Position numbers and translations under genes: made by a program
IMG/VR virus record: IMGVR_UViG_3300042922_000707
Span: 12,233 to 76,232 of that record
DNA from: a virus
Direction: 5' to 3' (one strand)
Length of the DNA stretch: 64,000 bases
The notes under the pieces: generated by a model
The model's input: only the letters and a program-made list of their open reading frames with translations
What the model was told of the DNA's origin: nothing
Database searches by the model: none
In this document: positions 28,079 through 38,797 of the stretch, one piece after another
How positions within the stretch are numbered: the first letter of the stretch is position 1
Layout of the letters: each line of letters begins with the position of its first letter

Positions 28079-31000
28079 TTATATTTCCTCCTTTTTTAAT
28101 AGTTTGTTACTCTTTTGAATACTTCTTCTTCTAAAGCCCTTAAGTTTGTCAAGCTTTAGGTCCTCATCCGAGTGGTGGCTCTTGTAATACTCAATCATTT
28201 TATCAATAATGTTTCTTACATACTTAGCCCCCTTTAAGCCCGTTTTCTCGGATTCCGTTATATTGTTTAAAATACCCTCGGAATACCATCTAACATGTCT
28301 AAATATTTTCCAATAGTCCTGCCTACCTTCCATGTTTGGATTATTATATCTATCATAGCTGTCCGGGTAAAACTCTGGAATTTTATCCTCTGTGTCTGGT
28401 ATTTGATGGTCGAGCCAATCAAACAGTGCTGTTATGAAATGCTTTATTGCCTGCTCCGGTGTACATCCTGCGTATCCGGATAGATTTGTTCTAAATAGCA
28501 GTTCCATAAAATCTATTACATTTTTGAGTATGTCCAAATCAACAAGGACTCTGCCCTTGCCCTCATCCTTTCCCGGTAATGGGTCTACCATAAATCCATT
28601 TATTGGGTTATTTATGTAGTCCCAATTATCATTTGGTACAAGCGGGTCATCATATGGACCATCACTGGGCATAAAGTACCACCTTCTGTACATCTCATCA
28701 AATAGGAACCCAATTTCTACTATAACTTCCTTTAGCTTGTCTAACTCTGCATCATCCAAAGTCACGCCGTTCTTTATCTTCTCAACCAGCTCCTGTCCAA
28801 GTTGGTACAGTTCCTCTGTCCCGTCACGTTCCAAAAGTAGTTCATGGAATACGGAAACCAACTCTCGTTTATCATCTGACAATTGGTAAATTTTATCCAC
28901 AAATGTAAGTTTTTCCTTGGAGCCCTGAAGTAGTCTTTCCATATCCAATCCTAAGATTTCCTTGTCCCCCACTTTAATTCCCTGAAGTAGACTTTTAATG
29001 TCCGGTGCAGGCTTGTCTAACTTGTCCAGACGCTCTTGAATCTCGATTAAGTCTATCAAATACTCCCCATCATCCACTGCGGTTATAAGCCGACCACCAC
29101 CAACTGCGTCCCTAAGTTTTAGGCTAAGTTGCAACATTATCACTAAATTGAGTAACTCCCGTGGTCCCTTGTCCGCATGCCCTATGTGAGTTCTATCTAT
29201 TTGGGTTAACTGCCTAAATTGAGCACCTATGTGCATTATATATATCTTTCTCCAAGACTTTAGAACTCGGGCACTGTCTTTTATTATATCAATGTCCCTT
29301 GACTGTTTATCTAACTCCGTAGGGTCTTTAGCACATACGGAATCTTTCTCTTTTCTTGTCAATTGGTGTAAGCGTTTTATAATCCTAATTTCCACCATTT
29401 GCCTTTCAAACTCTATTAAGAATTCCTGTAGTAATACGTCTCTGTCCTTGCTATCCGCTTGGTACTCCAAGTCCAGTTGCTCCATTTCCTTCCTTAGTTT
29501 ACCATCCAAATGGTGCATTGAGTAGTCAAGCAGTAATTCTTTTTGCTCTGTAGTAGCGGAATCCTTCAATCCTTCCTGTGCTATCAGTTGCCTTAACGTT
29601 TTGTCAAGGAGTTCAAATGGCTTGGACTGTGTGAATTTCTTAATTTCGGGGTCTCCGGTAAGCATACCACGTATTATATATGGCATTTTATTTGAGAAAT
29701 CATAGCCCGCAATTTTGGAATTTATAATACCTTTTTGTTCCTTTGATAGCATATAGGACCTAGCCAGCAGTTCCTGAAATATTGACTTTACTTCTGTACT
29801 TAATACGCCTGACTGCAATATGGATATGTCCTTCAAGGATTTGGATAACCTGTGTGGTGGCATATTTATTACTGCCCCAATCATCAATCTGGTTGCACTA
29901 TGTAAATGCTTCTGTAGTGTAAATTCCTTTCCAAATTTTAGATAGTTGTCCAGTGCCTGGGGTACAGAAGAATCCTTAAATTTTCTAAACAGCCCCATCA
30001 TTTCCCTGTCCGTAAATACCTGCTTTGTATGATGTAGCTCTGAAGACACTTGACTTGTATTTAGAATCTCTCTGATTGTGTTTAGGTAGGACTCAATTAG
30101 TTTGTCCAACTTTATCTCTCTCTCCGTTCCAATATCCAGAATCAACAGATGAGTAATTTCATCCACCCATTGCTCTATTGTAGCGGCGTCTATATATCCT
30201 AGGGCAAGTTCACGCTCCGATTTACTAATTCCAGTATAAGTGGACAAAATAAACTCTTCCCCTTCCGCCCGCAGTGAATACATGTCCTTAACAAGCGTAG
30301 CCTCACTTTCACCTTCCAAACCATATGAAATATCATCCACTATCAATTGGTACAATGCTCGTTCAAACCATCCCATTACACTCAGCTTAGCCTCTCTTAG
30401 CTCATAGGAGCCTGTGTACTGTTCCTGTTCAATTCGTGCATTTTTTAATTCGCTTGAGCTTAGTAGGCCCTTCCCTATAAACTGCAACTGCTTAACTATC
30501 TCTGCTGGGTTTTCCATATCCAGCGGGGTTCCCATTTCCTTTTCCGGGTAAGCTCCCAATTCCATACTATTAACTGGAATATATATTCCAGTACTATCAA
30601 CAGTGGCACCATTAAGGTACTGCAAGAATTCATTTAACTCTACTTCACCTATAGTTGCACTCAGCCCACTTATTAGGGCATAATCCATAATCTCGGTAGT
30701 TTTAAGTCTATCCGTTTTCTCCACATGGGTAATTAAAATTTCTTGGAGCCCTCTAAACAGATTTTGCCATTTAATTCTCTGCACCACCAATTCCGGATTT
30801 GATTTTTCTGTGCTTATACCTTTGCTAACTTGTGCAGACTTTAGTTTTCCGAGTTCCAACATCCTGTTAATGTATAATACCTTGCTTATTACTAACATGG
30901 GTAAACCAGTGCTGTTTATGTAGCCCTCACAAGCCTTAATTCTGTCCGTTTCCATTGTTCCCGTAAGGGTTAAACTAAATGCACCTTCCGTTTTTATTGC

Positions 31001-31384
31001 CTGTTTAATGAGCTCGTTCTGCACTTCCTTCATTTTAGTAGCATGCAGGACATTAAAAATTTCAACTAACTTGGACTTATCTGTAAACAGTGTGCCATGG
31101 CTGTTCAGTTTAGTTTCCTTGGCAGCCACCTTATCCAACATTAGTCCCCACTGCTTTTCAATGGCCTCAATTTCTATATTTCTGTCTAGTAGTAGCATTC
31201 CGCTAAAGACATCCCCCACTCGCTTTTCAAATGGTAAATAGGCAAAATATAAGTATTTCCAAAGGGCAGTGGGTAGAAAGGAAAATGAATATGAATTGTC
31301 GTAGCCACCTTGAAAAGATATTCCGTATGCGTTAAAATTCTTGCCTGACTTTAATAGTTCTTCAAAGAAATTACCATAATTCAT
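28079..31384 (-). CDS. 1101-aa tail-cluster protein with degenerate short repeats
   Basis: Long ORF with RBS; recurrent DKxx(R/K)(E/D) units. Confidence 0.7.
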   Translation of the reverse strand: MNYGNFFEELLKSGKNFNAYGISFQGGYDNSYSFSFLPTALWKYLYFAYLPFEKRVGDVFSGMLLLDRNIEIEAIEKQWGLMLDKVAAKETKLNSHGTLFTDKSKLVEIFNVLHATKMKEVQNELIKQAIKTEGAFSLTLTGTMETDRIKACEGYINSTGLPMLVISKVLYINRMLELGKLKSAQVSKGISTEKSNPELVVQRIKWQNLFRGLQEILITHVEKTDRLKTTEIMDYALISGLSATIGEVELNEFLQYLNGATVDSTGIYIPVNSMELGAYPEKEMGTPLDMENPAEIVKQLQFIGKGLLSSSELKNARIEQEQYTGSYELREAKLSVMGWFERALYQLIVDDISYGLEGESEATLVKDMYSLRAEGEEFILSTYTGISKSERELALGYIDAATIEQWVDEITHLLILDIGTEREIKLDKLIESYLNTIREILNTSQVSSELHHTKQVFTDREMMGLFRKFKDSSVPQALDNYLKFGKEFTLQKHLHSATRLMIGAVINMPPHRLSKSLKDISILQSGVLSTEVKSIFQELLARSYMLSKEQKGIINSKIAGYDFSNKMPYIIRGMLTGDPEIKKFTQSKPFELLDKTLRQLIAQEGLKDSATTEQKELLLDYSMHHLDGKLRKEMEQLDLEYQADSKDRDVLLQEFLIEFERQMVEIRIIKRLHQLTRKEKDSVCAKDPTELDKQSRDIDIIKDSARVLKSWRKIYIMHIGAQFRQLTQIDRTHIGHADKGPRELLNLVIMLQLSLKLRDAVGGGRLITAVDDGEYLIDLIEIQERLDKLDKPAPDIKSLLQGIKVGDKEILGLDMERLLQGSKEKLTFVDKIYQLSDDKRELVSVFHELLLERDGTEELYQLGQELVEKIKNGVTLDDAELDKLKEVIVEIGFLFDEMYRRWYFMPSDGPYDDPLVPNDNWDYINNPINGFMVDPLPGKDEGKGRVLVDLDILKNVIDFMELLFRTNLSGYAGCTPEQAIKHFITALFDWLDHQIPDTEDKIPEFYPDSYDRYNNPNMEGRQDYWKIFRHVRWYSEGILNNITESEKTGLKGAKYVRNIIDKMIEYYKSHHSDEDLKLDKLKGFRRRSIQKSNKLLKKEEI

Positions 31385-31412
31385 ATAACTGTTCCCTCCA
31401 TAAAATATTAAG

Positions 31413-31434
31413 CAAGGGGGAATGAACCCCCTTG
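31413..31434 (-). terminator. Hairpin terminator
   Basis: CAAGGGGG/CCCCCTTG stem followed by a T-rich tail. Confidence 0.6.
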
Positions 31435-31437
31435 TCT

Positions 31438-32424
31438 TTATACGACGCTTGGTTTAAGTATTGCAACCCCATATTGAACGTTTGAAGAGTTATTAAACAT
31501 GGAATATGGAGCATTCAGTGCAAAATACTTATAAACTTTTTCCGGCTTTTCTGGGTCCACCGAACCCTTATTGATAATAAGCTCGTCCTGATGAACAACA
31601 GAACTTCTGTCTGTTACAATTATGGCATCCAGCTCACCTCTGTAGCCATCCAATCCATGCCACATGTAAGCAGGTGACATATGATATTTGTGCGTCCAAT
31701 TGGAAGGTCCTAGGATGTGCTTGTCCACAAATTCATCTGGAGTTGTTATACTTAACACATGTGCCTGGAATGGATATCCTGAACGAGTCTTCAGCATACA
31801 AACATCAGTTACTGCATTACCCGTCTTATCTCCAAAAGTTCTTGGGTAATTTGGAACCATGTCACTAGATACTGTCATTCCAAAGTTGCCCTCTGTGTCC
31901 GGGTCAGCTCCTTCAAACCCCTTAACCATACCAAAATAACCAAATGATATCAAATAGTCATCAAAGTTGGCATTCGGGTCTCCCATTAATACTGAAGCGA
32001 TTGTGTCCTTGGATAAATACATCCAGAATGATATTGGTAACCACCCCTTAACAGTTGCCTCCGTATCTCGTCTAAACCACGCCCATTCAGCGTACTCACT
32101 TACATTGTCTGCAGACCAAGTGTCGGTCTCTGCGTCATAACTATGACCAAATCTAGTTTTAACCATGTAGTGGTTTGGTTCTTCCACTGCATCCACTGTG
32201 ACCATTGCTGGTTTCATAAATTCCACATATACTGTAGCACCACCTGTGGTAGTAGTCTTAATTACAAACTTGTCCACCATTGCGTCAATTTGTTCTTGTA
32301 GTGTACCCCCTACTGGGTAGGCAATTGCCCAAGCGTCTGCACCATGAGCGGCATCCGTTACTGTCGTAAGTATGGACCTTAGAAAGTTAGTTGCATTTGT
32401 GTAACCTGTAATCCATTTTGGCAT
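31438..32424 (-). CDS. Probable virion structural protein
   Basis: AAGGAGGT RBS, own terminator, tail cluster. Confidence 0.6.
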   Translation of the reverse strand: MPKWITGYTNATNFLRSILTTVTDAAHGADAWAIAYPVGGTLQEQIDAMVDKFVIKTTTTGGATVYVEFMKPAMVTVDAVEEPNHYMVKTRFGHSYDAETDTWSADNVSEYAEWAWFRRDTEATVKGWLPISFWMYLSKDTIASVLMGDPNANFDDYLISFGYFGMVKGFEGADPDTEGNFGMTVSSDMVPNYPRTFGDKTGNAVTDVCMLKTRSGYPFQAHVLSITTPDEFVDKHILGPSNWTHKYHMSPAYMWHGLDGYRGELDAIIVTDRSSVVHQDELIINKGSVDPEKPEKVYKYFALNAPYSMFNNSSNVQYGVAILKPSVV

Positions 32425-32440
32425 TATAATACCTCCTTAA

Positions 32441-32854
32441 TTATGGTAAATTCTTTGACATAAAATCCAAGTCAACCCATATCACCTTAGATGTTCCAGA
32501 TACGTTGTTATATCTAAGTTCTAGAGACTGACCAAAATCAACTCTTTTGACACCTTTGAGTGTCTTTATTTGACCCAACTCCTTTGTATATATAGTATCC
32601 AAAATAACTGAATTGTCCATATACAGTGACCAGTAATCCATATCATCAAAACCACTCTGCATCACTGTAACTTCTAGTAGCTCCAGTTCTGAATTTGGAA
32701 GTAGGTTACCTGGTGACCCCAACTGAAAGTTAATTGGGCCTACAAGGGGTGGGATATGAAATCTATAACCCTTTGTATAAGTATTCTTAAATTTAGGGTA
32801 CAGCGGGTAGGGTAATTTACTTATCTTACCATCTAAAACTATTACTCCTGACAT
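32441..32854 (-). CDS. Hypothetical structural protein
   Basis: Tail cluster, beta-rich. Confidence 0.6.
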   Translation of the reverse strand: MSGVIVLDGKISKLPYPLYPKFKNTYTKGYRFHIPPLVGPINFQLGSPGNLLPNSELELLEVTVMQSGFDDMDYWSLYMDNSVILDTIYTKELGQIKTLKGVKRVDFGQSLELRYNNVSGTSKVIWVDLDFMSKNLP

Positions 32855-32865
32855 AAAACCACCCC

Positions 32866-33288
32866 TTAAATTAAGTCCAATTTTATTATGTTTCCTTTAT
32901 CCTCAACCAGTCCACCAACTGACGGATTGTACCTTTGATAGAATATACCAACAGTGTACGTCGTTGAGAAAAGGAATGTTACTTTTATCTGTGTATAATC
33001 ATCATATATGTCTTTTATAAACCTAAACTGCAACTCTTGTGATTCTCCTATGTCTATGCCTATAACGTCATCGTCTTCATTGTATAGAAATACCTGTGGG
33101 TGTGTTAGCCTAAAGTCCAGTTCACTGAAAACATGTGTATGCTCCGGGACTCCGCCATTGCCTGGCCCGCTACTTCCTCCCCCGCCATCTCCCACATATC
33201 CAAAGAATCCAGCTATTCCGGGGTCGCCTGTTTTCTCAAATATCATTTTAAGTATTGGCTCATAAAGCCCATTTGGCTGCCAAGACAT
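32866..33288 (-). CDS. Hypothetical structural protein
   Basis: Gly-rich linker and HTH fibre-type motif. Confidence 0.6.
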   Translation of the reverse strand: MSWQPNGLYEPILKMIFEKTGDPGIAGFFGYVGDGGGGSSGPGNGGVPEHTHVFSELDFRLTHPQVFLYNEDDDVIGIDIGESQELQFRFIKDIYDDYTQIKVTFLFSTTYTVGIFYQRYNPSVGGLVEDKGNIIKLDLI

Positions 33289-33316
33289 ATAATCACCTTC
33301 CTATTTTTACAAAATA

Positions 33317-33345
33317 ATTATAGCACAGTAAAAAGTCTAATGCAA
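33317..33345 (-). promoter_or_regulatory. 17-bp-spacer promoter for the tail appendage genes
   Basis: TTGCAT-N17-TATAAT with TGn. Confidence 0.65.
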
Positions 33346-33364
33346 TATATTCTTTTTCATATGC

Positions 33365-35083
33365 CTAGAAACATATAGATTTGATTTCCCACCCAATTGT
33401 TTGATTGCTTGGACTCAAATCCGCATAGCCAGTTATGTTTAAAAGGGTCAACCTTATCTGGTCCGATGGAAATAGTTTAGTCTGTGTAGTACATTTGATT
33501 AACGCAATAAAGCTTGAATTTACGGGCACAGGGTCAGCACTGCTCAAGTATAGTATACTTCCTCCATACACTTCCTGAATAGTGTTTTTAAGTGCAAGTC
33601 CCGCCTCATAGGTTGGGATTCCCTTTTTATTGAGCTCTGTGCTGTCTGCAAGTCCCTCCGGATTAGCTTGCTCTAATATGTCGTCATAGCTGAAATCGGA
33701 AGTAATGCTCCAACCTGAGCCATCTACTTTCAACATGTTAATGATTGCTCCAATAACATCGTCGTCCAATGAGGAATGAATTGATATACGGGCCTCGTTA
33801 AATATGCCTCTCATGTCTAAAACTATATTATAGGATTCTCTTGGTTGTAACCATACATCTTTTGTCTTCCATGTTGCAGTAGCCTGCCCAAAATACCTAC
33901 CCGTCGACTTTGCTACTATGTTATCTGCATTCACAAAAGCTTCCAACTCTATAGTATCAAAGAATGTTCCATCGCTTAATTCTGTCTTTATTGCCGTTAT
34001 TCTGTATATGTCCGAAGCTGTGCTTACCCGCTCACTTAACCTTGCGACATCGCCTATTTGCAGTGCGGGGTGAGCAACTGCCACTATTGATATTCTACGT
34101 GTTACCCTTAACATCATTGCAAAGGCACTCTGTGCCGCAAGTTTTCTTTTCTGTGGTGTGTTTGCCCATGGTATCGTAATCTTTGCCGCTCTCGGGAAAG
34201 TAGGCCTTAGCCAATCCGCAAACTGCTTATTCTCAAATTCTTCCCATCCTGTGTCAGACGCTATGATTAAAGTATCTCGTGCATCCTGTGTGTCTATTAC
34301 AAAATCACCAGAGGATAGATTTAAATAATCCTTAAATACCACAACTGGCTCTGCTGTCCCCGAGGGGTATATATTTCTCTCCGCCCTAATTGTACCAATA
34401 TTAGTAGCATAAATCTTGTATCCGATTGAGTCAGTGAGTTGTTTAATTGCGTCTATATACTTTAGACCAAGCTCAAAGCTTAGGTCGGATGTTATAGTGT
34501 ATGCAGAGCCGTCTTCAAACTTTGACTCTTCTACCTCAGCTACAAGCCCTGCCTTATTGATTAGGTCAGCAATCAATGCACTAATTAATAATGGTGCATC
34601 TGGGTCATACTCATAAGTCAATTCCTTTGCATCATCTGGAATAATTTGTTGGTCCAGCAAGTACTTCATATTGTCTCTAGCTGTAACCTCAAGCTCTGAA
34701 TTGTCTGCACTTATTTTTACCTTATCAATCACACCAGTGAAAACATGCAGTCTCTCATCTCCATAGCCCACCCAAGCCTCTACTTTGTTTTCCGGGTACA
34801 TTGAGTATTGGTATCCGGAACGCTCCAAGTCTAAATGTGGAAATTTGTCAGGTAGGTAATGAGGACTTTTTGTGCCGTCCGTATTTTCAATAACAAACGT
34901 AATTTCGGATGCAAGTGAATCCTCTCTCCTGTCCCAACCAAATGACTTTACATTTCTCAGTACCCTTGGTGTGTCATTAAGTACTTGATTATTCCAAACA
35001 CTTATTTCAATTGTGGGCATTGCTTTGTCCACCTGTAAATGCTCTCTTATATAATCCTTTATAGCTCCTTCAAAGTGTAACAT
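33365..35083 (-). CDS. Baseplate hub / Tal-like tail tip protein
   Basis: VEAWVGY...VFTGVIDKV...LEVTARD.MKYL and HPALQIGD; second gene after the tape measure. Confidence 0.72.
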   Translation of the reverse strand: MLHFEGAIKDYIREHLQVDKAMPTIEISVWNNQVLNDTPRVLRNVKSFGWDRREDSLASEITFVIENTDGTKSPHYLPDKFPHLDLERSGYQYSMYPENKVEAWVGYGDERLHVFTGVIDKVKISADNSELEVTARDNMKYLLDQQIIPDDAKELTYEYDPDAPLLISALIADLINKAGLVAEVEESKFEDGSAYTITSDLSFELGLKYIDAIKQLTDSIGYKIYATNIGTIRAERNIYPSGTAEPVVVFKDYLNLSSGDFVIDTQDARDTLIIASDTGWEEFENKQFADWLRPTFPRAAKITIPWANTPQKRKLAAQSAFAMMLRVTRRISIVAVAHPALQIGDVARLSERVSTASDIYRITAIKTELSDGTFFDTIELEAFVNADNIVAKSTGRYFGQATATWKTKDVWLQPRESYNIVLDMRGIFNEARISIHSSLDDDVIGAIINMLKVDGSGWSITSDFSYDDILEQANPEGLADSTELNKKGIPTYEAGLALKNTIQEVYGGSILYLSSADPVPVNSSFIALIKCTTQTKLFPSDQIRLTLLNITGYADLSPSNQTIGWEIKSICF

Positions 35084-35808
35084 TACCAACCCACCCCCGC
35101 CTGATAAGGTGCATTAAATATGCAGTCAACGTAAAAACAGTCCTCTGAAATCATTGTAACATCCTCAACTACTATTACACCCCTATAGAAAATCCCCAAT
35201 TCATCTTTAACAGCATGCACCTTATAGGCGTTTGCCATAAAATCCAGATACGCATTGGGGCTATTGAAGTACAGGCTAAATTTACTGGTTGCGTGCCCTC
35301 TGCCTGTCTGCTGGAATACACTGAATCCCCTAAGTATCCCATGGGTTGTTGGTGTTGCTTCCTGTCTGAACGGTATTGGCTTTCTAAATAGGCAGTTTAT
35401 CTCGTCATACCCAATTATCTTTATCTCACCCAAGCTTGCATCACTTCCACCATCTGACTCAATTTTAATGTCTCTCCACCCCGGCAAAGCTTTTATGGAT
35501 GGTGAAAATTCCCATGCGGCTGGTCCTTCAATTGTATGTAAAACAGCCCCATCAATTGACATCTCAAGACTACCGCCCCCCATAATCGCCCTTGTAAATT
35601 TGATTTCCGATAATGGATGCATTAGATTTATAGTTTCTCTGGCATACGCACCATTGTTATTCATTCCAATAACACTCCAATCAACGCCATTGGCATCGGT
35701 GCCCGAAAGTATTAGGGCACCTCCACCAAGAGTTAAACCACTCCAATTGTTATCCGGATAGTATCTTCTTTCCATTTCCGCCATTCTATATAATCTACGT
35801 CTAGCCAT
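35083..35808 (-). CDS. Distal tail (Dit-like) protein
   Basis: Position between tape measure and hub. Confidence 0.5.
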   Translation of the reverse strand: MARRRLYRMAEMERRYYPDNNWSGLTLGGGALILSGTDANGVDWSVIGMNNNGAYARETINLMHPLSEIKFTRAIMGGGSLEMSIDGAVLHTIEGPAAWEFSPSIKALPGWRDIKIESDGGSDASLGEIKIIGYDEINCLFRKPIPFRQEATPTTHGILRGFSVFQQTGRGHATSKFSLYFNSPNAYLDFMANAYKVHAVKDELGIFYRGVIVVEDVTMISEDCFYVDCIFNAPYQAGVGW

Positions 35809-37926
35809 CTAGCCTCTCCTCCTTCTGTTGTCTAAAAAGTGTGCAAGTGCATCTTCAGAAGTTTTGAATATGTCTTTCCAGTCATCCTCTGTACGAGGTG
35901 CCTCTTGTAACTCAAACACGAAGTTTGCACCACTTACTGTAAACCCAGCTGAAGTAGCCATCGTGGACGCCCTAAACTGCTTCAATGATGTGGAATTGAT
36001 AAATGATGGGGTTCCAAAGTCCTGCACCAATTTTGCGGTGTTGTCCTTTATTTCTTCTGTTATATCCTGAATACGATTTAATATCTCGTATTTTTTGGCT
36101 TCCGCTTTTTCCTGTAGCTTACCGGTTGCCGTACTTGCAATAGCTGTAACCTCTTGTAACTTAGCCTTCAAAACCTCTACAGTGCTCAACATCAATTGTT
36201 TCCACATGGTTTTGTTGGTGTCATTGTCATGTAGGTTAGCTTTTCCCTCTGAAATTTGTATCTGATACTTGTACTCATCGTCTATAAGGTCAATTGCGTC
36301 CTGTGATTTCTTTTTACCACTACCACCCCTTGAGCCAAGTCCCTCAAATTTAGGTACATCGCCTGCTCCCGGAGCTTCCATGTCCAAAGTTGGCGGGCCT
36401 TCTGGTAATGCTACATCCTTCATTGCCTCACTGGCAGTTAATGCCGCATTCCTCAGCTCAGCCATTCTATTAATAGTATCATCTATCCCTGTCCTAACTG
36501 ATGCAAGTGCATCATTAGTAGCTTGAGCCGCAATCTCCATTGCATCCCCTATACCTGGTATCCAAGAAGTCATCCAGGCAATCATCTGCATAATTAAGTT
36601 TATTGCCACCATTATGCCGTAGCCCATCATTTGGAATGCCAACAATACCGCATTGCATCCGTATAGTATCCAATTCTTAGCTGAATCCCAATTTTGAACA
36701 AGTTTCACAATGGCTAGAATTACCAACCCAATAATTGCAATTATCCAACCAATTCCTACCGCCTTCAGTGCAACTCCGAATGCCGCCGTGATACCAGTTG
36801 CTACAGTTGTGGCACTGCTATAGGCTGTCATCATTCCACTCAAAACAGATATTGCAGTTGCAACACCATAGATTATCGGCTCCACTGCCATGGACGCCTT
36901 AAATATTAGCCAAGCCTGCACTGCAAACAGAATAGCCTCAGAAATCCAGTACCAGTTGTCCCCAAACCATTTAAAGAATCCCGCAAGTTTATTACCCGTT
37001 TGTTCTATATCTGCCACAAATTTAGTCAGTTGCTCAAACACCCAAGATAAGGCATCTCCAATACGCTGTGTCCACACATCTAAAGTGCCATCGTCTCTCA
37101 ACCTTTGTAGCTCATTAATAAATGTTATTGCGGACTCCTTAGCATTGTCAAGAGACTTAAATCCTATATCCCTACCAAACTCGCCCAAGACGTCCTGTAT
37201 AGTGCTCCAGAGTCCCTTGCCCGTTACTGCTAACTTATCCATCATACCCGGGTACTTGGATTGCATGTGCGTGGCCAGTGCATTCATTAAGTCATCCAGA
37301 CTTCCCACGTATGCACCTGCATTATCAAATTCTAGACCCATTGCCTGTAACTGTGTTCTGGTTACAATACTCATCTCGGCGAGCCTCATTAAGCCATAAC
37401 CAGTATCCCCAGAGGCAATACGCCCTAACCAGAAAGCAACTTCCTCAATCTCTTGCCCAGTTCCTGCCGCGGCATCACCCGCAACCCTTAGTAATTCTAT
37501 ACTACGAATTCCGTAACTTTCAAGGAGCAAGTCTGCTTTTACTACCTCATCTAATTGGTATGGGGTAAATATTGCAAAGTCTCTCATTTCTTGCATACGT
37601 TCCTGAGCGGCATCCATAGACTTTAATAAAACGCTGTATCTGAGTAGGTAATTTTCAAACTCTGACGCATTGCCTATAGTAAAGTCTATCAACTTTTTAC
37701 CTGCATACATGCTGAATAGTGAGCCTATTAACATCCTTAGTCCTTCCAACTCACCTCTTGCATTCCTTACAGACGAGTTCATCTGTTGGAACATTTGCCT
37801 ACCCTGCTTGCCTGCCTGGCTACTTACCTTGCCCAAATCCTGTAGCTGTGTCTTTGCCTGACCAATTCCTTTAGTAAAATTAGTCAAAACTGCCTCAAGA
37901 ATAACCCTTACTCTGCTATCTGCCAT
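35809..37926 (-). CDS. Tape measure protein
   Basis: FAIFTPYQLDEV tape-measure domain, Ala-rich helices, TM segments, follows chaperones. Confidence 0.9.
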   Translation of the reverse strand: MADSRVRVILEAVLTNFTKGIGQAKTQLQDLGKVSSQAGKQGRQMFQQMNSSVRNARGELEGLRMLIGSLFSMYAGKKLIDFTIGNASEFENYLLRYSVLLKSMDAAQERMQEMRDFAIFTPYQLDEVVKADLLLESYGIRSIELLRVAGDAAAGTGQEIEEVAFWLGRIASGDTGYGLMRLAEMSIVTRTQLQAMGLEFDNAGAYVGSLDDLMNALATHMQSKYPGMMDKLAVTGKGLWSTIQDVLGEFGRDIGFKSLDNAKESAITFINELQRLRDDGTLDVWTQRIGDALSWVFEQLTKFVADIEQTGNKLAGFFKWFGDNWYWISEAILFAVQAWLIFKASMAVEPIIYGVATAISVLSGMMTAYSSATTVATGITAAFGVALKAVGIGWIIAIIGLVILAIVKLVQNWDSAKNWILYGCNAVLLAFQMMGYGIMVAINLIMQMIAWMTSWIPGIGDAMEIAAQATNDALASVRTGIDDTINRMAELRNAALTASEAMKDVALPEGPPTLDMEAPGAGDVPKFEGLGSRGGSGKKKSQDAIDLIDDEYKYQIQISEGKANLHDNDTNKTMWKQLMLSTVEVLKAKLQEVTAIASTATGKLQEKAEAKKYEILNRIQDITEEIKDNTAKLVQDFGTPSFINSTSLKQFRASTMATSAGFTVSGANFVFELQEAPRTEDDWKDIFKTSEDALAHFLDNRRRRG

Positions 37927-37938
37927 ACGTTCACCTCC

Positions 37939-38358
37939 TTACTGTAGTCCATTTTGTTGACGCTTGTTTTTCAACCTATCCAGTTGCTCCAAGCCTGCCT
38001 CTCCATCATACATGAGCTTATGTCGCTTTTGCTTTTTGCCCGCCGTCTGTAATTCCTCAAACTTGTCTTTAAATGAGGAAGCAAGTTCCTCTGGTTTGTC
38101 TGCATGAACAATATTCAATAGAGTATAATAGTCCATAAACTTGCTGGAAACTTCGGCAACCGCTCTCCGTTTTATCAACTTAAAGTACCTAAATATATCA
38201 TCTATGTCACATTGCCCCAATTGATTGGGCGACCATTTGTATTCATAATATATAGTGTCCTCTACTGTAGCAAACATACCCAGAACATCAATCTTTCCTT
38301 CTTTACCGGTGGCCCCTAGATTGCTTGGTTCTGACGTATGTTGTTCTTGAAAAAACCC
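37939..38358 (-). CDS. Tail assembly chaperone, -1 frameshift extension (gpGT-like)
   Basis: -1 frame is open from the slippery site GGGTTTTTTC through ORF 37939..38277. Confidence 0.8.
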   Translation of the reverse strand, partial: GFFQEQHTSEPSNLGATGKEGKIDVLGMFATVEDTIYYEYKWSPNQLGQCDIDDIFRYFKLIKRRAVAEVSSKFMDYYTLLNIVHADKPEELASSFKDKFEELQTAGKKQKRHKLMYDGEAGLEQLDRLKNKRQQNGLQ

Positions 38359-38675
38359 ACTATTACCTCTTTGTCAATTCCATATAGGTTCAAGAGCTCT
38401 TCAAATATTACTATGAAGTCCGTTATGTAAATTTCCTCTATTGTCTCTGTTGTCAAGTCTGTTAACTCATACATAACTTGCTCTACTTGTCCTATATTGT
38501 CGCCTATGTAGCCAACTATCCCATCAGCTAATTTGCTGTCATCCTCCACATCCAATAATGCAAAAAGTCCCAAGACTAATCCAGAGAATTTAGAAACAAC
38601 TTTCTTAAATTTTCCATACTTGAGTACCTTGAGTTCTACATTAATATCATCTAACTCTATCTGCTTTGTTTTCAT
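38316..38675 (-). CDS. Tail assembly chaperone (gpG-like)
   Basis: Between tail tube and tape measure; AGGAGG RBS before MKTKQ. Confidence 0.8.
   Translation of the reverse strand: MKTKQIELDDINVELKVLKYGKFKKVVSKFSGLVLGLFALLDVEDDSKLADGIVGYIGDNIGQVEQVMYELTDLTTETIEEIYITDFIVIFEELLNLYGIDKEVIVGFFKNNIRQNQAI
38349..38358 (-). other. Programmed -1 ribosomal frameshift site
   Basis: G GGT TTT TTC fits X XXY YYZ in the frame of the chaperone. Confidence 0.8.
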
Positions 38676-38746
38676 GCTCGCTCCTCCTAGAATATGCACA
38701 ATTATTTTATTATAGCAAAGGGGTGCCGTTTCCATGCACGAACACC

Positions 38747-38797
38747 CCTTAATTCTGCCATTACTGCCCTTTCATACAAGGGGTAATATATTTATAC
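38747..38797 (-). repeat. 51-bp bipartite intergenic element, copy
   Basis: GTATAAATATATTAC-N19-TAAT-GGCAGAATTAAGG. Confidence 0.8.

Noticed and set aside
17766-33288. Diversity-generating retroelement or invertible tail cassette
   Set aside because: No reverse transcriptase, recombinase or TR/VR repeat pair seen.
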